Assembly: GCA_965218795.1 (NCBI GenBank)
Contig: OZ244653.1
Span: 960,001 to 1,024,000, forward strand
Source: a bacterium
Lineage (GTDB): Bacteria; UBA8248; JACPRG01; G963555815
Length of the DNA: 64,000 nt
Direction: 5' to 3'
Positions 33,886-44,368 of this stretch are shown here, in pieces. Each line of letters begins with the position of its first letter. Positions within the stretch are counted from its first letter, which is position 1. Position numbers and translations under genes: made by a program. The notes under the pieces were generated by a model. It ran no database searches. It was not told the DNA's origin and saw only the letters and a program-made list of their open reading frames with translations.

Positions 33886-33961
33886 GTTCTTCACGGGACG
33901 GGAGAAATCCCCCCCGTACACGGTGACGGCGTCCATTTTTCGAAGGCAGTCCACACCTGAC

Positions 33962-34003
33962 GATCCCTGCGTCAGGCGGGGGGGGGCTCGCCTTCTTTTT
34001 TTT
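33962..34003 (+). terminator. Possible intrinsic terminator after the cold-shock gene
   Basis: Imperfect GC-rich stem (AGGCG...CGCCT) followed by a 9-T run. Confidence 0.4.
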
Positions 34004-34073
34004 TACGGACGTGATCGTCACAAATCAAGACCCTTGGTCCATTTGACAAGCCCACCGAAAAAACTCTGACTCC

Positions 34074-35414
34074 TCAAAGAACGCCTTCCGGCCAACCGCT
34101 TGCAGCAGAATGGTCAGCCGTGTCGGCTCCCTCAACCACCATCCCGGGGGTAATCGTGAATCGCAGGGCCTGATGGGCCAAGCGGAGCGCGCTCTCGGTC
34201 TCCCCGGGTGTGGCGCCCCGGGAGAAGATGAATCCGAGATAACTATCCCCTTCCGGAAGCGGCACGAGGATCTGACGAGGCTTGGCCGTGATGACCACGT
34301 CCTCCACCCCGTTCAACCGGCGCGCCTCATCGACACCCTCGACCCGCTGGAGGATGCCGCCCTGCGGAATCGGGATCATCATGACTCCCGCCGCCGCGTG
34401 CGGCATGGCCTTCCAATCGATGGACCAGCCGAGGGAGTGCCGAAGCACGATTTCCTCCAGAGACATCCCGCAGGCGGTCCGCAGGACCCTGGAACACAGG
34501 CCGCCAATGGGACGGGAGGCGATTTCCAGTACGTACACCCCTCCCTCGTTCACCCGGGCTTCGGCATGGACGGGGCCATGAAATAATCCAAGCGCCCTGC
34601 AGGCCTCCTCAACGGAGCGTTCAACAGCCGCCTGGGCCGACCGCTCAAGACGCGAGGGGGTCACATACAGGGTTTCTTCGAAGAATGGGCCGTCCAGGGG
34701 ATCGGGCTTGTCGAACAACGCCAGCGGCCTCAGTCGCCCGTCATCCATCAATCCCTCAAGGGAGATTTCCGCTCCTTCAATGAAGTCCTCGACGAGGATG
34801 GTTTCGTCCGCCGGATCCCTTCTGGCGCGAATCTCGGGCGCCTCCAGAATCTTTCTGATGCGATGGAACGCCAGCTCGAATGAACGGCAATCGTCCGCCC
34901 GGATGACGCCCCGGCTCGCACCCAGTCCCAAGGGTTTCAGAACGCATGGATAGCTCTGCTTTTTTGAATGCGATTCCGGATCGGTCCAGCCGGGTACCGG
35001 AGTGAACTTCGGGACGGGGAGCCCCGCCTCAAGGAACGCACGCCTCGACAACAGTTTGTTCCTCGCGGCCGCGGCCGCGTTCGGCGGATGGTGTCGGAGC
35101 CCCAACGCTTGGGCGGCCTGAGCGGCAACCACCGTTGGTCTGTCGCCGATGGGTATGACGGCGTCTATCGGTCTGTCGCGGGATGCGCTCAGAATCGCGC
35201 TCACGCATTGGTCCAGCTCTTCGAACCGCAAGGCGAGAGCGCCGTCGAGCCATGGGTCGTTGAGTACGTGACAACGGTCCGTCCCGATCAGGACATCCAG
35301 CCCCAGGGCGCTTGCCGCGTCCAGGAAATCCCGGGCCTGGTAGCCGGTGGTGGCATACAGGAGAAGAACCCGCGGGCGCCGCGAGCCCTCTGAGATGGAT
35401 GGGCGGGGGTTCAT
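34074..35414 (-). CDS. ATP-grasp domain protein (amino-acid ligase-like)
   Basis: RNKLLSR, PCVLKPLGLGASRGV, LVEDFIEG.E, HAEARV, LEIASR; ATG at 35414 lies 1 nt after the extended radical SAM stop. Confidence 0.88.
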   Translation of the reverse strand: MNPRPSISEGSRRPRVLLLYATTGYQARDFLDAASALGLDVLIGTDRCHVLNDPWLDGALALRFEELDQCVSAILSASRDRPIDAVIPIGDRPTVVAAQAAQALGLRHHPPNAAAAARNKLLSRRAFLEAGLPVPKFTPVPGWTDPESHSKKQSYPCVLKPLGLGASRGVIRADDCRSFELAFHRIRKILEAPEIRARRDPADETILVEDFIEGAEISLEGLMDDGRLRPLALFDKPDPLDGPFFEETLYVTPSRLERSAQAAVERSVEEACRALGLFHGPVHAEARVNEGGVYVLEIASRPIGGLCSRVLRTACGMSLEEIVLRHSLGWSIDWKAMPHAAAGVMMIPIPQGGILQRVEGVDEARRLNGVEDVVITAKPRQILVPLPEGDSYLGFIFSRGATPGETESALRLAHQALRFTITPGMVVEGADTADHSAASGWPEGVL

Positions 35415-35415
35415 A

Positions 35416-36816
35416 TCAAATCGGAGCCAACTGCTCCTCCAGAGGCTCCGCTCAGCAGTACCAAGGCTCGGTGAGGAAAGGAATTGCGGCCGGAGAGGGT
35501 AAAAGCGGGAGGTCGGGGAGATACTGAACCTCGATCCCTTCGGCCCGATGAGCCGCTCTCCAGACCCGTGCAAAGACTTCGCGGCGGCTCAGGCCCGCTT
35601 CACCGCCCTTTTGGACAATGTCCAGGACTTCGCGGTGAAGCGCATCCACGCGGGCGTCCTCGTGCCGCCAAGTCCAGCTCAGCAGTGAAGGATCGAATCC
35701 TTCCAGGGCTTCCCTGACCTCACCGAGTTCCAGCAGCCGGGAACCCGCGGGGATCAGGAGCCGAATCGCCAGCTGAACGGGAGAAACATGCCCCACCAGG
35801 TCCAACTCGATCAGCAGAGAGAGAAGGTCTCGATAACCCTTCAACGTGGTCCAGGGAGTGAAAGTCACGAAGGTCGGATTCAGATTCATCCCGATGTCCC
35901 TGAACATCCCGACGGCGCGGACAAAATCGTCGCGTGTGTGCCCCTTGTCGAAAATCTCCAACACCCTGTCGTCAATGGCCTCGACCGCACTGGTCACAAA
36001 GCCGCAGCCGGTATCCCGCAAGACGGTCAACTGATCCGCGTGCTTCAGAAGGTGCTCCACTTTGATCGTGACGTCGTAGGTCAAGTCCGGATGTGCGGCA
36101 TGCAGCTCCCGAACCAGGGAGAGAGCGTGCCGAATCCCATTGAAAAAATCCGGATCTCCGAATGTGATGTGCCGCGCTCCATGGTCCACCTGCCTCCGGA
36201 TGTCTTCCAGAACGATGTCCCGCTGGACCACCCGAAAGGCCCCCTGATACACGGGAACGACCGGGCAGTGCCGGCATAAGTGCTTGCAGCCCCGGCTGGC
36301 CTCCGTGTACCCGACGGTGCGCGTTTGGCCGTTTCCCAAGTCCAGTCCGGCATAGGAGACCAGGTCCGGCAGATCGCTTCGGTCGGGAACCTTGAACTGG
36401 AGACGCTCCATGCCGATCCGGGTATTCCCGGGAGTGTTGCCGCTCTGTCCCGAACCGAGTTGACGGGCGAGCGCGGCGAGGTCCTTCTCGAACTCACCGC
36501 CCAGAAGGGTCTGTACGCCCAGGCCGCGAAGGTAATCGGCATTGACCGTGGCATAGAGACCGTAAAAGCAGATGTGCGCATTCGGGTTCAGCGACTGGAC
36601 ACGCCCCAGCACGCTGACCGCGATCCTCGTGGCCGTGTGCATGGGGACGTAAAAAGCGACCAGATCGGCCGCTCGAACCGGCTCTTCGAGCAACGGGAGA
36701 ACGGACAGATCCTGGCAGGTGACGTCCACGCCCTCCCGCCGGAGCCACCCGGCCGGAGAAGCCAGCCCGAACGGCTGCCTGCCAAGGTCATAGGTGGAGA
36801 TCAATACGACCTTCAT
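35416..36816 (-). CDS. CUAEP-tail radical SAM selenoprotein with N-terminal B12-binding-like domain; UGA at 35452-35454 read as Sec
   Basis: ASRGCKHLCRHC radical SAM motif. The tail reads ...LTEPWYC-TGA-AEPLEEQLAPI-stop(35416), with a hairpin CGGAGCC..GGCTCCG just after the UGA. Confidence 0.88.
35422..35451 (-). promoter_or_regulatory. Putative bacterial SECIS hairpin
   Basis: mRNA UGA-G-CGGAGCC-U-CUG-GAGGAG-CAG-UU-GGCUCCG. Confidence 0.6.
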
Positions 36817-36939
36817 GGTCTTCCTCGATGCGCCCGCTGGCCGGCTCAAGGTTTCGGGCTCCGTGGAATCCCCGGCGGGAAAGTTCTCGAAATCCGGATA
36901 CTCAATCTCGGCATCCGCAGCGAATCGCGATGGGGCGGT

Positions 36940-37221
36940 TCACCCTTTTGACTGGGGGGGGATATACCCCTCAGGCATCGCGGCGCCTTCGCCGAAGAAA
37001 TACTCATCGACCGATTTTTCGAATATTTCATCGGTTGAATCATCCATGAGGTTCAACCGGTATTCGTTCACGACCATCTTGAAATACTCGAGAAACATCT
37101 CCCAGCCTTCCGCGGACACGTTCTCGAAGACCTTTTGTCCCAGCTCTCCGGGAACGGGGGCTTCCGAAAGACCTGGGGCCTCCCGTTCCAACTTAACACA
37201 ATGGACCATCCGTATCGACAT
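36940..37221 (-). CDS. yggX: Fe(II)-trafficking / oxidative damage protection protein
   Basis: RMVHCVKLEREAPGL...PGELGQKVFENVS.EGW...MVVNEYRLN...EGYIPP. Confidence 0.88.
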   Translation of the reverse strand: MSIRMVHCVKLEREAPGLSEAPVPGELGQKVFENVSAEGWEMFLEYFKMVVNEYRLNLMDDSTDEIFEKSVDEYFFGEGAAMPEGYIPPQSKG

Positions 37222-37614
37222 GACGTCGCCTCCTGTCAAAGGACACGAAAACTGTTGCGTCCCCACCCATGATCTATGTATAACGATGTTCCCCGTCGTT
37301 CAAGGAAGCCTCCGGCAGCCTATGCCCCGCGCGGCGCCGGGGCGACGATGGAAAACCATTTTGACCCCGCCCCTTAAAAATTATAACATTTGGCTTGGGT
37401 ATACGTACCGGCGTACTCCCACCCAATAAACGCTCATGCAGGTTTTGTCGCTCGGCCGTGGGTCATGGAAATTCGGGGGAGTCTCGCAGGGCCACCCTGC
37501 CGTACGGCTCTCTTGCGTGACAGACGCGGCCGATATGCATTCGGTTCATTTTCCCAAGTTGCTGCCCGGGGCCTGTCAAGTCAACCGGGCATCGGGGTCT
37601 GGAGGATTCCCGTC

Positions 37615-38613
37615 ATGGCGAAGAAGAACCCCTCCACCATTGGCCGGACCATCCGGATTCGGGGAAATCTGGAGGGGGATGAAGACCTCGAATTCCTAGG
37701 GCGGATTGAAGGTGACCTGGACCTCAACGCCCACCACCTGTTGATAGGCGAAGGGGCCCAGGTGGACGCCAATATCCGGGGACGCGCCATCACAGTGGAG
37801 GGACAGGTCTCCGGGACGATCGAGCTGAGCGAGTTGTTGTGCGTCCAGGCGACCGGCTCCGTTTCAGGCGATGCCCATACCCCGCGGCTCCTGACGGAGG
37901 ACGGAGCCCGTCTTAACGGCCGCTTTGTCGTCGGGGCTTCGATGGACGGCGCGGGCCAGTGGATTCCGGACTTTGACCGCCTTCGCCGGCTCGTGCAATC
38001 TGAACTCCTCGGGGTGACCGATCAACATCTGGATTTTTCATCCAAGAGCCCGGACTGGGCGAGGTGGAGCATTCGGCGACAGGTGAGTCACATGGCCAAC
38101 AGCGTCTACTTTTGGCTCGTTGGCCGGTGGAAGGACGTTCTATGGGACAGAGTGGAGCCCGACCCGGAACTCGTCGAGATTGCCTTGGCCGATCACGGCC
38201 ATGACCGAATGCTCGACCCGTCCAGGTATCGGGACGTCCAGACGCTGCTCACAATGCTCAATCGATCGTACGATTTGATATATGAAGTGGCGGGCCGGGA
38301 AAGCGTCCAGTCCATCAGTGAGAAGAAGCTGACGCTCCATCTCGGCCCGGATGCCAGGGTGGGCGCCTCCGAGGAGAACGCGCATCAACTCTGGGAACGG
38401 TTCGGTCCGCTCCATGAGGGGGGCATCGTTCGGGACCCGCCGGACTCTTTTGCATGGACCTTCACGCTCGAGGCTACGCTTCGGCATCTCTATTACGAAC
38501 AACTCTCACACCTTCGTACCATCCATCGGCTGAAAAAGAAGCAGGGGCTTCCCTCTGTTGCACGGGTCCCCCGGGAGGGCTACCTCCAGTTCGACGGCTT
38601 CTGGAATGACTAG
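37615..38613 (+). CDS. Bactofilin domain fused to a DinB/DUF664-like domain
   Basis: N-terminal STIGRTIRIRGNL...GEGAQVDANI..VEGQVSG..EDGARLNG (bactofilin beta-helix); C-terminal WSIRRQVSH...LRHLYYEQLSH. Confidence 0.75.
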   Translation: MAKKNPSTIGRTIRIRGNLEGDEDLEFLGRIEGDLDLNAHHLLIGEGAQVDANIRGRAITVEGQVSGTIELSELLCVQATGSVSGDAHTPRLLTEDGARLNGRFVVGASMDGAGQWIPDFDRLRRLVQSELLGVTDQHLDFSSKSPDWARWSIRRQVSHMANSVYFWLVGRWKDVLWDRVEPDPELVEIALADHGHDRMLDPSRYRDVQTLLTMLNRSYDLIYEVAGRESVQSISEKKLTLHLGPDARVGASEENAHQLWERFGPLHEGGIVRDPPDSFAWTFTLEATLRHLYYEQLSHLRTIHRLKKKQGLPSVARVPREGYLQFDGFWND

Positions 38614-39109
38614 GGACTGTTAACGCTAGCGCAGGGCATCGACGATGAGCGCGAACGTCAGGGCCGTTCGAGCATCCGCGGCAACCAGATGAATCTTGGT
38701 GGTCCACCCGCCCCGGGACTGGCCGATGGACTGGGGGCCGTTTTTTGCAGCGCGCCCGTTCCGTCGGGATGGACCTTGACGAGGGTGCTGTCCAGCGACA
38801 CCGCCTCGAGCTGGATGCGCATGATCCGTTCCCGCTGCAGCTGCTCGAAGACCCGGTCGAGCACCCCGTTCCTGGACCAGCGGTTCATCCGGGTGTAGAT
38901 GGTGTGCCAGTTGCCGAACCGGGTCGGCAGCCCCCGCCACTTGCAGCCATGCTCGGCGACGTACAGGATGGCGTTGAGCACTTGCAGGTTCGACACGCTG
39001 ACGTTGCCGCGTTGCACCGGCAGGGAGGGCGCAATGCGTTCGTACTGAGCTTGGGTGATCTCCATCCGCAAAGGATAACATAACCCCACCCATTAGTGCT
39101 AACAGGCCC
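38613..39109 (-). mobile_element. IS5-family (IS427-like) element, internally deleted, with terminal inverted repeats and TA target duplication
   Basis: Ends TA-GGGACTGTTAACGCTA and reverse complement TA-GGGCCTGTTAGCACTA. orfA has GCKWRGLP..FGNWHTIY and LDST; an A6 shift site follows; orfB SRGGWTTKIH jumps straight to its C-terminus. Confidence 0.88.
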
Positions 39110-39175
39110 TAAAGCACTCAAGGACAAGCCCCGCAGGAATGACAATCAAAAGGGCTGACAGGGGGAGTTCGACGG

Positions 39176-39662
39176 GAGTGCGGGCCTTCCACGCTGTCTG
39201 AGCCGTTTGTCATTCCTGCGCAAGCAGGAACCCATTCGGCAGGCTCTCGACTGAAGCATTCGCGGGCAGGCCTCGGCCGACAAAGACATTCGAGGAGAGG
39301 CCGCGCGGGTGGCCCCCGCCGCCATGCTTATCTATTTTTTCGGGTGAACAGACACAGCTTTCTCGCGTTGGATACGCAAGGTTCTACGTCGCGAAGATCG
39401 AAGTATTGGGTCATCGACGATAAGAACGTCTCCCAACAATACTCTTCGAATATATCCACACGGTTTCGCAGTAACCGCTGAACCATTGGGTCCGATTTCT
39501 CGACCCATTCGACCACGCCGCCGTTTCCCAATCCGGACAGCGTATCGGCAAAGTACTGTATCGGCACATTGCCGCCGATGCATATGTGGTGAATTACGGC
39601 CAGCGCAAGGAAAGCGTCGGATTTGACGCGTTCGAAAAGACTTTTCCTTTCGGTCAACGCCC
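39176..39662. repeat. Direct repeat copy 1 (3' end of NoeA-like gene plus downstream REP region)
   Basis: Matches 42776-43221; the coding part appears identical. Confidence 0.9.
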
Positions 39663-40725
39663 AGCCGAGGGGCGGGCTGGGGTTGAGCAAATCCGTGACC
39701 AGCGGAACCACGCGGGTGTTGCCGCCGCCGCGGGCCTCCCTGTAGACGGTATCGACGCACGCGGGGTCGCCGTCAAGCGCGATCACGCAATCCGTTCGCT
39801 TGGCCGCGAGGAAGCTATAAGTGCCCGTATTGCATCCGATATCGAGAAGTTTCGTTCCGCCAATTTTCCTGAGATTGTCTTGGACGAGATTCCTTTTTCT
39901 CTGCTCTTCTTCCTCGGAATACGAATGCTCTTCGCTGTAAAGCAGCCACTCCGACTCTCGTCGATCGTATCGGAGAGACCGTATGACATCCCGAAGGTTT
40001 CGTACGTTGTGTTTGAGGGTCTTCCGCGAATATTTTATGCGGCCGAATGACTCGCGAATTGGAATATCCTGCTTACCGAAGGAACGTTCGAAGTGGGCCT
40101 GCAACCCAACATGCTTGAAAACGCCTTTTCTCCGATAATCCCAAATCCCGAAGAGCCGATCCATATCCGTCACACCGATGCCTGTGCCAGACCCCCTGAA
40201 CCAAAACTGGAAATCCACCTTCTTATATGCCGTCAGCATGAGTGGAAAAAGGAACTCTCGGCAAAACTGCCCATAGCCCTCCCACGGTTGATTTTCGTCA
40301 TAGTCGTCGAGCGAAAGTGTGTCGATGAACAAAAAGCGGCCCTCGAAGAAGGCGATATTGTAGGGAGTCGCGTCCTTCAAGGTGAGGTTCCTGTCCAGGC
40401 AGGCCTCCAGCAGGTCCAGCGTGGCCAGGGCGGCATCCCGAAGCATGGTGAACGACCACTCATACGGATAAGTGAGCACATCGATGGGCGCGTGCTCCAT
40501 GACTTCGGCGCCCACTTCGCCTTGCGCGAGCCCGGTTTCACCGGCGGGCGTGAGCCAGCACGGTAGCAACAGACCGGCATCGATCAGCGCCTGCAGATCA
40601 CCGGACTCCGTTAAACGCCGCATTCGCGCGAGCGCCGAAGCCGAAAGCGTTCGGAAGACTCGGCCCTCGGAGTAGAACACCCGCCCTTCGGGGTCCTTGA
40701 ACGAGCCCTTGTCGTAATCGGACAT
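39328..40725 (-). CDS. NoeA-like class I SAM-dependent methyltransferase
   Basis: SFKDPEGRVF, TYPYEWSF, LKDATPYNI, LDIGCNTG, LALAVIHH, DPMVQRLL. Confidence 0.85.
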   Translation of the reverse strand: MSDYDKGSFKDPEGRVFYSEGRVFRTLSASALARMRRLTESGDLQALIDAGLLLPCWLTPAGETGLAQGEVGAEVMEHAPIDVLTYPYEWSFTMLRDAALATLDLLEACLDRNLTLKDATPYNIAFFEGRFLFIDTLSLDDYDENQPWEGYGQFCREFLFPLMLTAYKKVDFQFWFRGSGTGIGVTDMDRLFGIWDYRRKGVFKHVGLQAHFERSFGKQDIPIRESFGRIKYSRKTLKHNVRNLRDVIRSLRYDRRESEWLLYSEEHSYSEEEEQRKRNLVQDNLRKIGGTKLLDIGCNTGTYSFLAAKRTDCVIALDGDPACVDTVYREARGGGNTRVVPLVTDLLNPSPPLGWALTERKSLFERVKSDAFLALAVIHHICIGGNVPIQYFADTLSGLGNGGVVEWVEKSDPMVQRLLRNRVDIFEEYCWETFLSSMTQYFDLRDVEPCVSNARKLCLFTRKNR

Positions 40726-40748
40726 GGCGCTGCGCTGCTCCGTTGGCG

Positions 40749-40970
40749 CTATCGCTTCCGTTTCGAGCCGGGCGGCTTTCGAAAGAAGAGTCTTCCGGCC
40801 GATTTCTTGATACGGTGCCAATACAGCTTGAGAACGACCAACAGCCCCGCGGCGCCGCCCAGAAGAAGCTGCAAAAGCATTCCTCCCGCGCCAGGGTCCA
40901 AATAAGCATGCGCGGCGGACGGATTGCCGAGAATCAACGCGGTCAAAATGACAAAGTAAAGTCGACTCAT
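40749..40970 (-). CDS. Small membrane protein (AHAYLDPG.GG type)
   Basis: ATG overlaps the upstream stop (ATGA); signal-like N-terminus, YLDPGAGGMLLQ, TM helix, basic tail. Confidence 0.7.
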   Translation of the reverse strand: MSRLYFVILTALILGNPSAAHAYLDPGAGGMLLQLLLGGAAGLLVVLKLYWHRIKKSAGRLFFRKPPGSKRKR

Positions 40971-42519
40971 GGTTTTTCCAGCGCCCCATGCTGATGGTAA
41001 CTCACCAAAATGCTCCGGTCCGCCAGCAATTCCGAGGGTCGTCCTTCTAGGCACGAGAAAACGAGCCGAAACGTATTCACCGGCGAGAATGACGGGTAGA
41101 GCCGGTCTCGACATTCGGGTGGAAATCGAACAACGTTGAGGATACCGTAGCGCTCGAGAATCTGCGCCTCGCTCCACTCCGAAATGGGTTTATGGAAATC
41201 GACCGTGAATCCGGTGCCATGGTCGCCCTGAAAAATTACGATCGCGTGGGGATCCTCGGCGAGGATGCGGTCGACAGCCGAGAGCGCCTGTTTGTTTATG
41301 CACCTCAGATTGTCCAGGTAAAGGCTCTTCTCGACGTCGCTTCCCCTCTGCTCGCCTCGCAGCACCATGTCGCGCGCCTCCACGGAGCGTGGCGAACAAT
41401 CTTCGTGATACCGGTAGGGTGGATGCGGGGCGAAAATGTGAGAGAAAAGGAAGAATGGCCGCCGCATTGTCGCCGGAAGCGCGTCCATGACGTCCGTTAT
41501 CCCGACAAGGGGTTGCGTGATTACGTTGCCAATAAGATCCCTGCTCTCCAACCCTTTGATGACAGCCAATATCGGCGTTTGAGCGAGCAGGTAAATTTCT
41601 ATTTCAGACAGGTCTCCAAGACCGCTTCGGTTTATGCAATGGTCCTCGCTGTCGCTGCAATCGAACCCGTGTGCGCCGCCGGGTGGGGCATGGGCGTACG
41701 CATAGCCCAGGGCGCGAAAGCGCCGCACGACGTTGTTATGACCGCGAATCAGATGAATGAAGAAGCGATCCTTGAGAACCGTATCGCCCGGTTGGACGAT
41801 GTAGTCCATGTTGAGGGTGGCCGGGACCGAGAGTTCCGTCATGCCGTAGTTGGCCAGGCTTTCATCGGCGACGAAGAATCCTTTCGTCTCGAGATGGCGC
41901 AGGAACAGCGTGTTGTCGAAGCCGATAACCCTCTGCAACTGATCGTGCCGTCCGTACATGTCGAGGACGAAGAAGTATACGTTGGGTCTTCGCTTCGCGC
42001 GGTGCCTTCAAGCACGGGAACTGGCTCGGACGCGGACCAGCCATGATGGAAAATGAGTTGAACCGTCGGGAGTCCGGTCATGACGGCGGCGGCGACCGTC
42101 AGAACGCGCACCGTTGCCGCGTGGCGGGACAGCCGCCAGGTCAGAAGCAAAGCCAGAACACCCAGGATAAACCAAGTGATGAGCGGATACCTTGGCGCCG
42201 ACGCCCCGAAGTCCAGCCACATGGTATCGAGTACGCCGTATAGGAACAACACGACCGTTCCCACGCCTGCGACGCCCGCGATCTGCCCGAACCGCCGCCG
42301 GTGAAACACCAAACCGACAACAAGAACGAGACACGACACCGCGACGGCATAGACAGTTGCGTCCCCTATCAATCGGATCGCATCGAAGGATTCATCCCTG
42401 TTCCGGTTGGCAAAATGGACGAACGGCCAAACGGAAAACAGCACGATCGGGACGAACCATTTGACTTCGCGGACCGCTTCTCCACGTCGCTTTGCCGCCG
42501 ATGGCGCGGGGTGTTTCAA
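40967..42519 (-). CDS. Membrane-anchored sulfatase/alkaline-phosphatase-fold protein, frameshift at ~41995
   Basis: TM N-terminus, then RPNVYFFVLDMYGR, SLANYGMT, HIFAPHPPY, FQGDHG, SPVNTFR. Confidence 0.75.
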
Positions 42520-42659
42520 CGCTCAAACTCCAGTGCTGTCGGATCAGGTGTTGGTGACAGCCGCGATCTCTCCGGCACGAATACTATACTTCGTCATCCG
42601 CGCCCAGGCCCCATCATATCATCATATATTCCAAACGGTGAAGCCGGACTCGAGGCTCC

Positions 42660-42775
42660 GCCGATGCGGGCGTGCACCAGCGGGCTCCACAAGATCTTGC
42701 CGTGGAGCATCCCCGGCAGCTTGAGGTCGGGGACGTATTTCGCCCGCCCGACTGCCTTCTCCGGCCCGTTGATGA
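42660..42775 (-). pseudogene. Short N-terminal fragment of a xanthine dehydrogenase-family Mo subunit
   Basis: INGPEKAVGRAKYVPDLKLPGMLHGKILWSPLVHARI. Confidence 0.65.
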
Positions 42776-43221
42776 GGAGTGCGGGCCTTCCACGCTGTCT
42801 GAGCCGTTTGCCATTTCTGCGCAAGCAGAAATCCATGCGGCAGGCTCTCGACTGAAGCATTCGAGGGCAGGCCTCCGCCGCCATGCTTATCTATTTTTTC
42901 GGGTGAACAGACACAGCTTTCTCGCGTTGGATACGCAAGGTTCTACGTCGCGAAGATCGAAGTATTGGGTCATCGACGATAAGAACGTCTCCCAACAATA
43001 CTCTTCGAATATATCCACACGGTTTCGCAGTAACCGCTGAACCATTGGGTCCGATTTCTCGACCCATTCGACCACGCCGCCGTTTCCCAATCCGGACAGC
43101 GTATCGGCAAAGTACTGTATCGGCACATTGCCGCCGATGCATATGTGGTGAATTACGGCCAGCGCAAGGAAAGCGTCGGATTTGACGCGTTCGAAAAGAC
43201 TTTTCCTTTCGGTCAACGCCC
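42776..43221. repeat. Direct repeat copy 2 (truncated duplicate of NoeA-like 3' end)
   Basis: WALTERKSLF...LCLFTRKNR is identical to the 39328-39660 translation. Confidence 0.9.
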
Positions 43222-43601
43222 ACACCCCCTGGCAGGCGTTCAAGGACGGCTTGCCAGCCACCGACAAACCGAGCACAATCAAACAGGAGGAGAATCCTGA
43301 AGCCGCTTAATCAAAACCCTCGCCGTACGTGCGGCAAACGGGGCGGCACTGTCAGGTGATTACCCTATCTGTACACTTCATGTGATTACTGCTACCCCTC
43401 CCATACCGATTGGGACGGAAGATCTCTTCAGTACTTTATTCCATTTGTTTTTGTCTTCGCAGCTCATGGAATCCAGTGCTCGTGGGAATGGCTTCGAAAC
43501 CAAACGTTTTCTCAAGAACCGATTGCCCCCTAAACTTGACGAAGACTCGTCAGGGTGAGGAAAATCGCTGGGTTGAAAGCACGTCAAGCGGATGAGGATT
43601 G

Positions 43602-43880
43602 ATGAAAGTATCTATTCTCATTCTCGTCCATAACGAAGCCAGGGCCATCGCCCGCGTAATTCACAAGGCGCTTTGCCTTCCCCTTGAGGAAGAGATTATC
43701 GTGATCGACGATGGGTCCACAGATGAAACTTTGGACATCCTTCTTTTATTGCAGGATCAAGTAGAGACTGTCTACCGCCTGAAGCCCAATCAAGGCAAGG
43801 AGACGGCAATTTGAAAGGGGATTGAGTTGGCAGCCGGAGACGTCATCATCATTCAGGATGCTGACCTGGAGTTGGATCCA
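43602..43880 (+). pseudogene. GT2 (DPM-synthase-like) glycosyltransferase 5' fragment
   Basis: VSILILVHNE, IDDGSTD, NQGKETAI*KGIELAAGDVIIIQDADLELDP, then truncated. Confidence 0.75.
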
Positions 43881-43914
43881 TCGTTTCCCCACCAAAGCCG
43901 AAAAGCTGGGGGGG

Positions 43915-44298
43915 CATTTTGGGTACTTGCGTGCCGGCCATTTCGCGGATGAAGATCCGCGCTTTGATCAGATCCTTCGCAACGCTCGCCTATCCGATGG
44001 CGTGATAACTAGGCATGCGAGTGCTGAGAACTGATACAGTGTGTCCCCCCCCCCAACCCCCCTTGAAAACTTCCGGCGTGCCGAGCTTTCGGCCCGGCCT
44101 GCTCGCGGCGAGGGGAGTCTGGCTGGCTGTGTGCTCTTGCAGCGTGGAACGGGGACTTTTTTGGCCGGATGCCCGCCTTCCTGCGAACGCCTCCGGCATC
44201 CGGCCAAGGTTCCAGTTGTTGCGATGGCGTGCGAAGCACGGCATTGCGAATGAAAAGTTTTGCGGGGGGGCGGGGGGCGCCTTTCAAAAAGCGCCCCA
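43915..44298 (+). repeat. ~400-bp modular dispersed repeat, copy 1
   Basis: Colinear reverse-complement similarity to 51890-52322; modules also at 58686-58822 and 60118-60310. Confidence 0.8.
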
Positions 44299-44368
44299 GG
44301 TTGAGTAGGTACGTTGCCTCCCAAAAAGCCCCTTCAAGAGTTTTTGTCGCTCGGAGGTTTTGAAAGAA

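Noticed and set aside
43812-43814. In-frame TGA in the GT2 fragment as selenocysteine
   Set aside because: The position is normally Arg (A(I/L)RxG), so this is likely CGA-to-TGA, and the gene is truncated shortly after.
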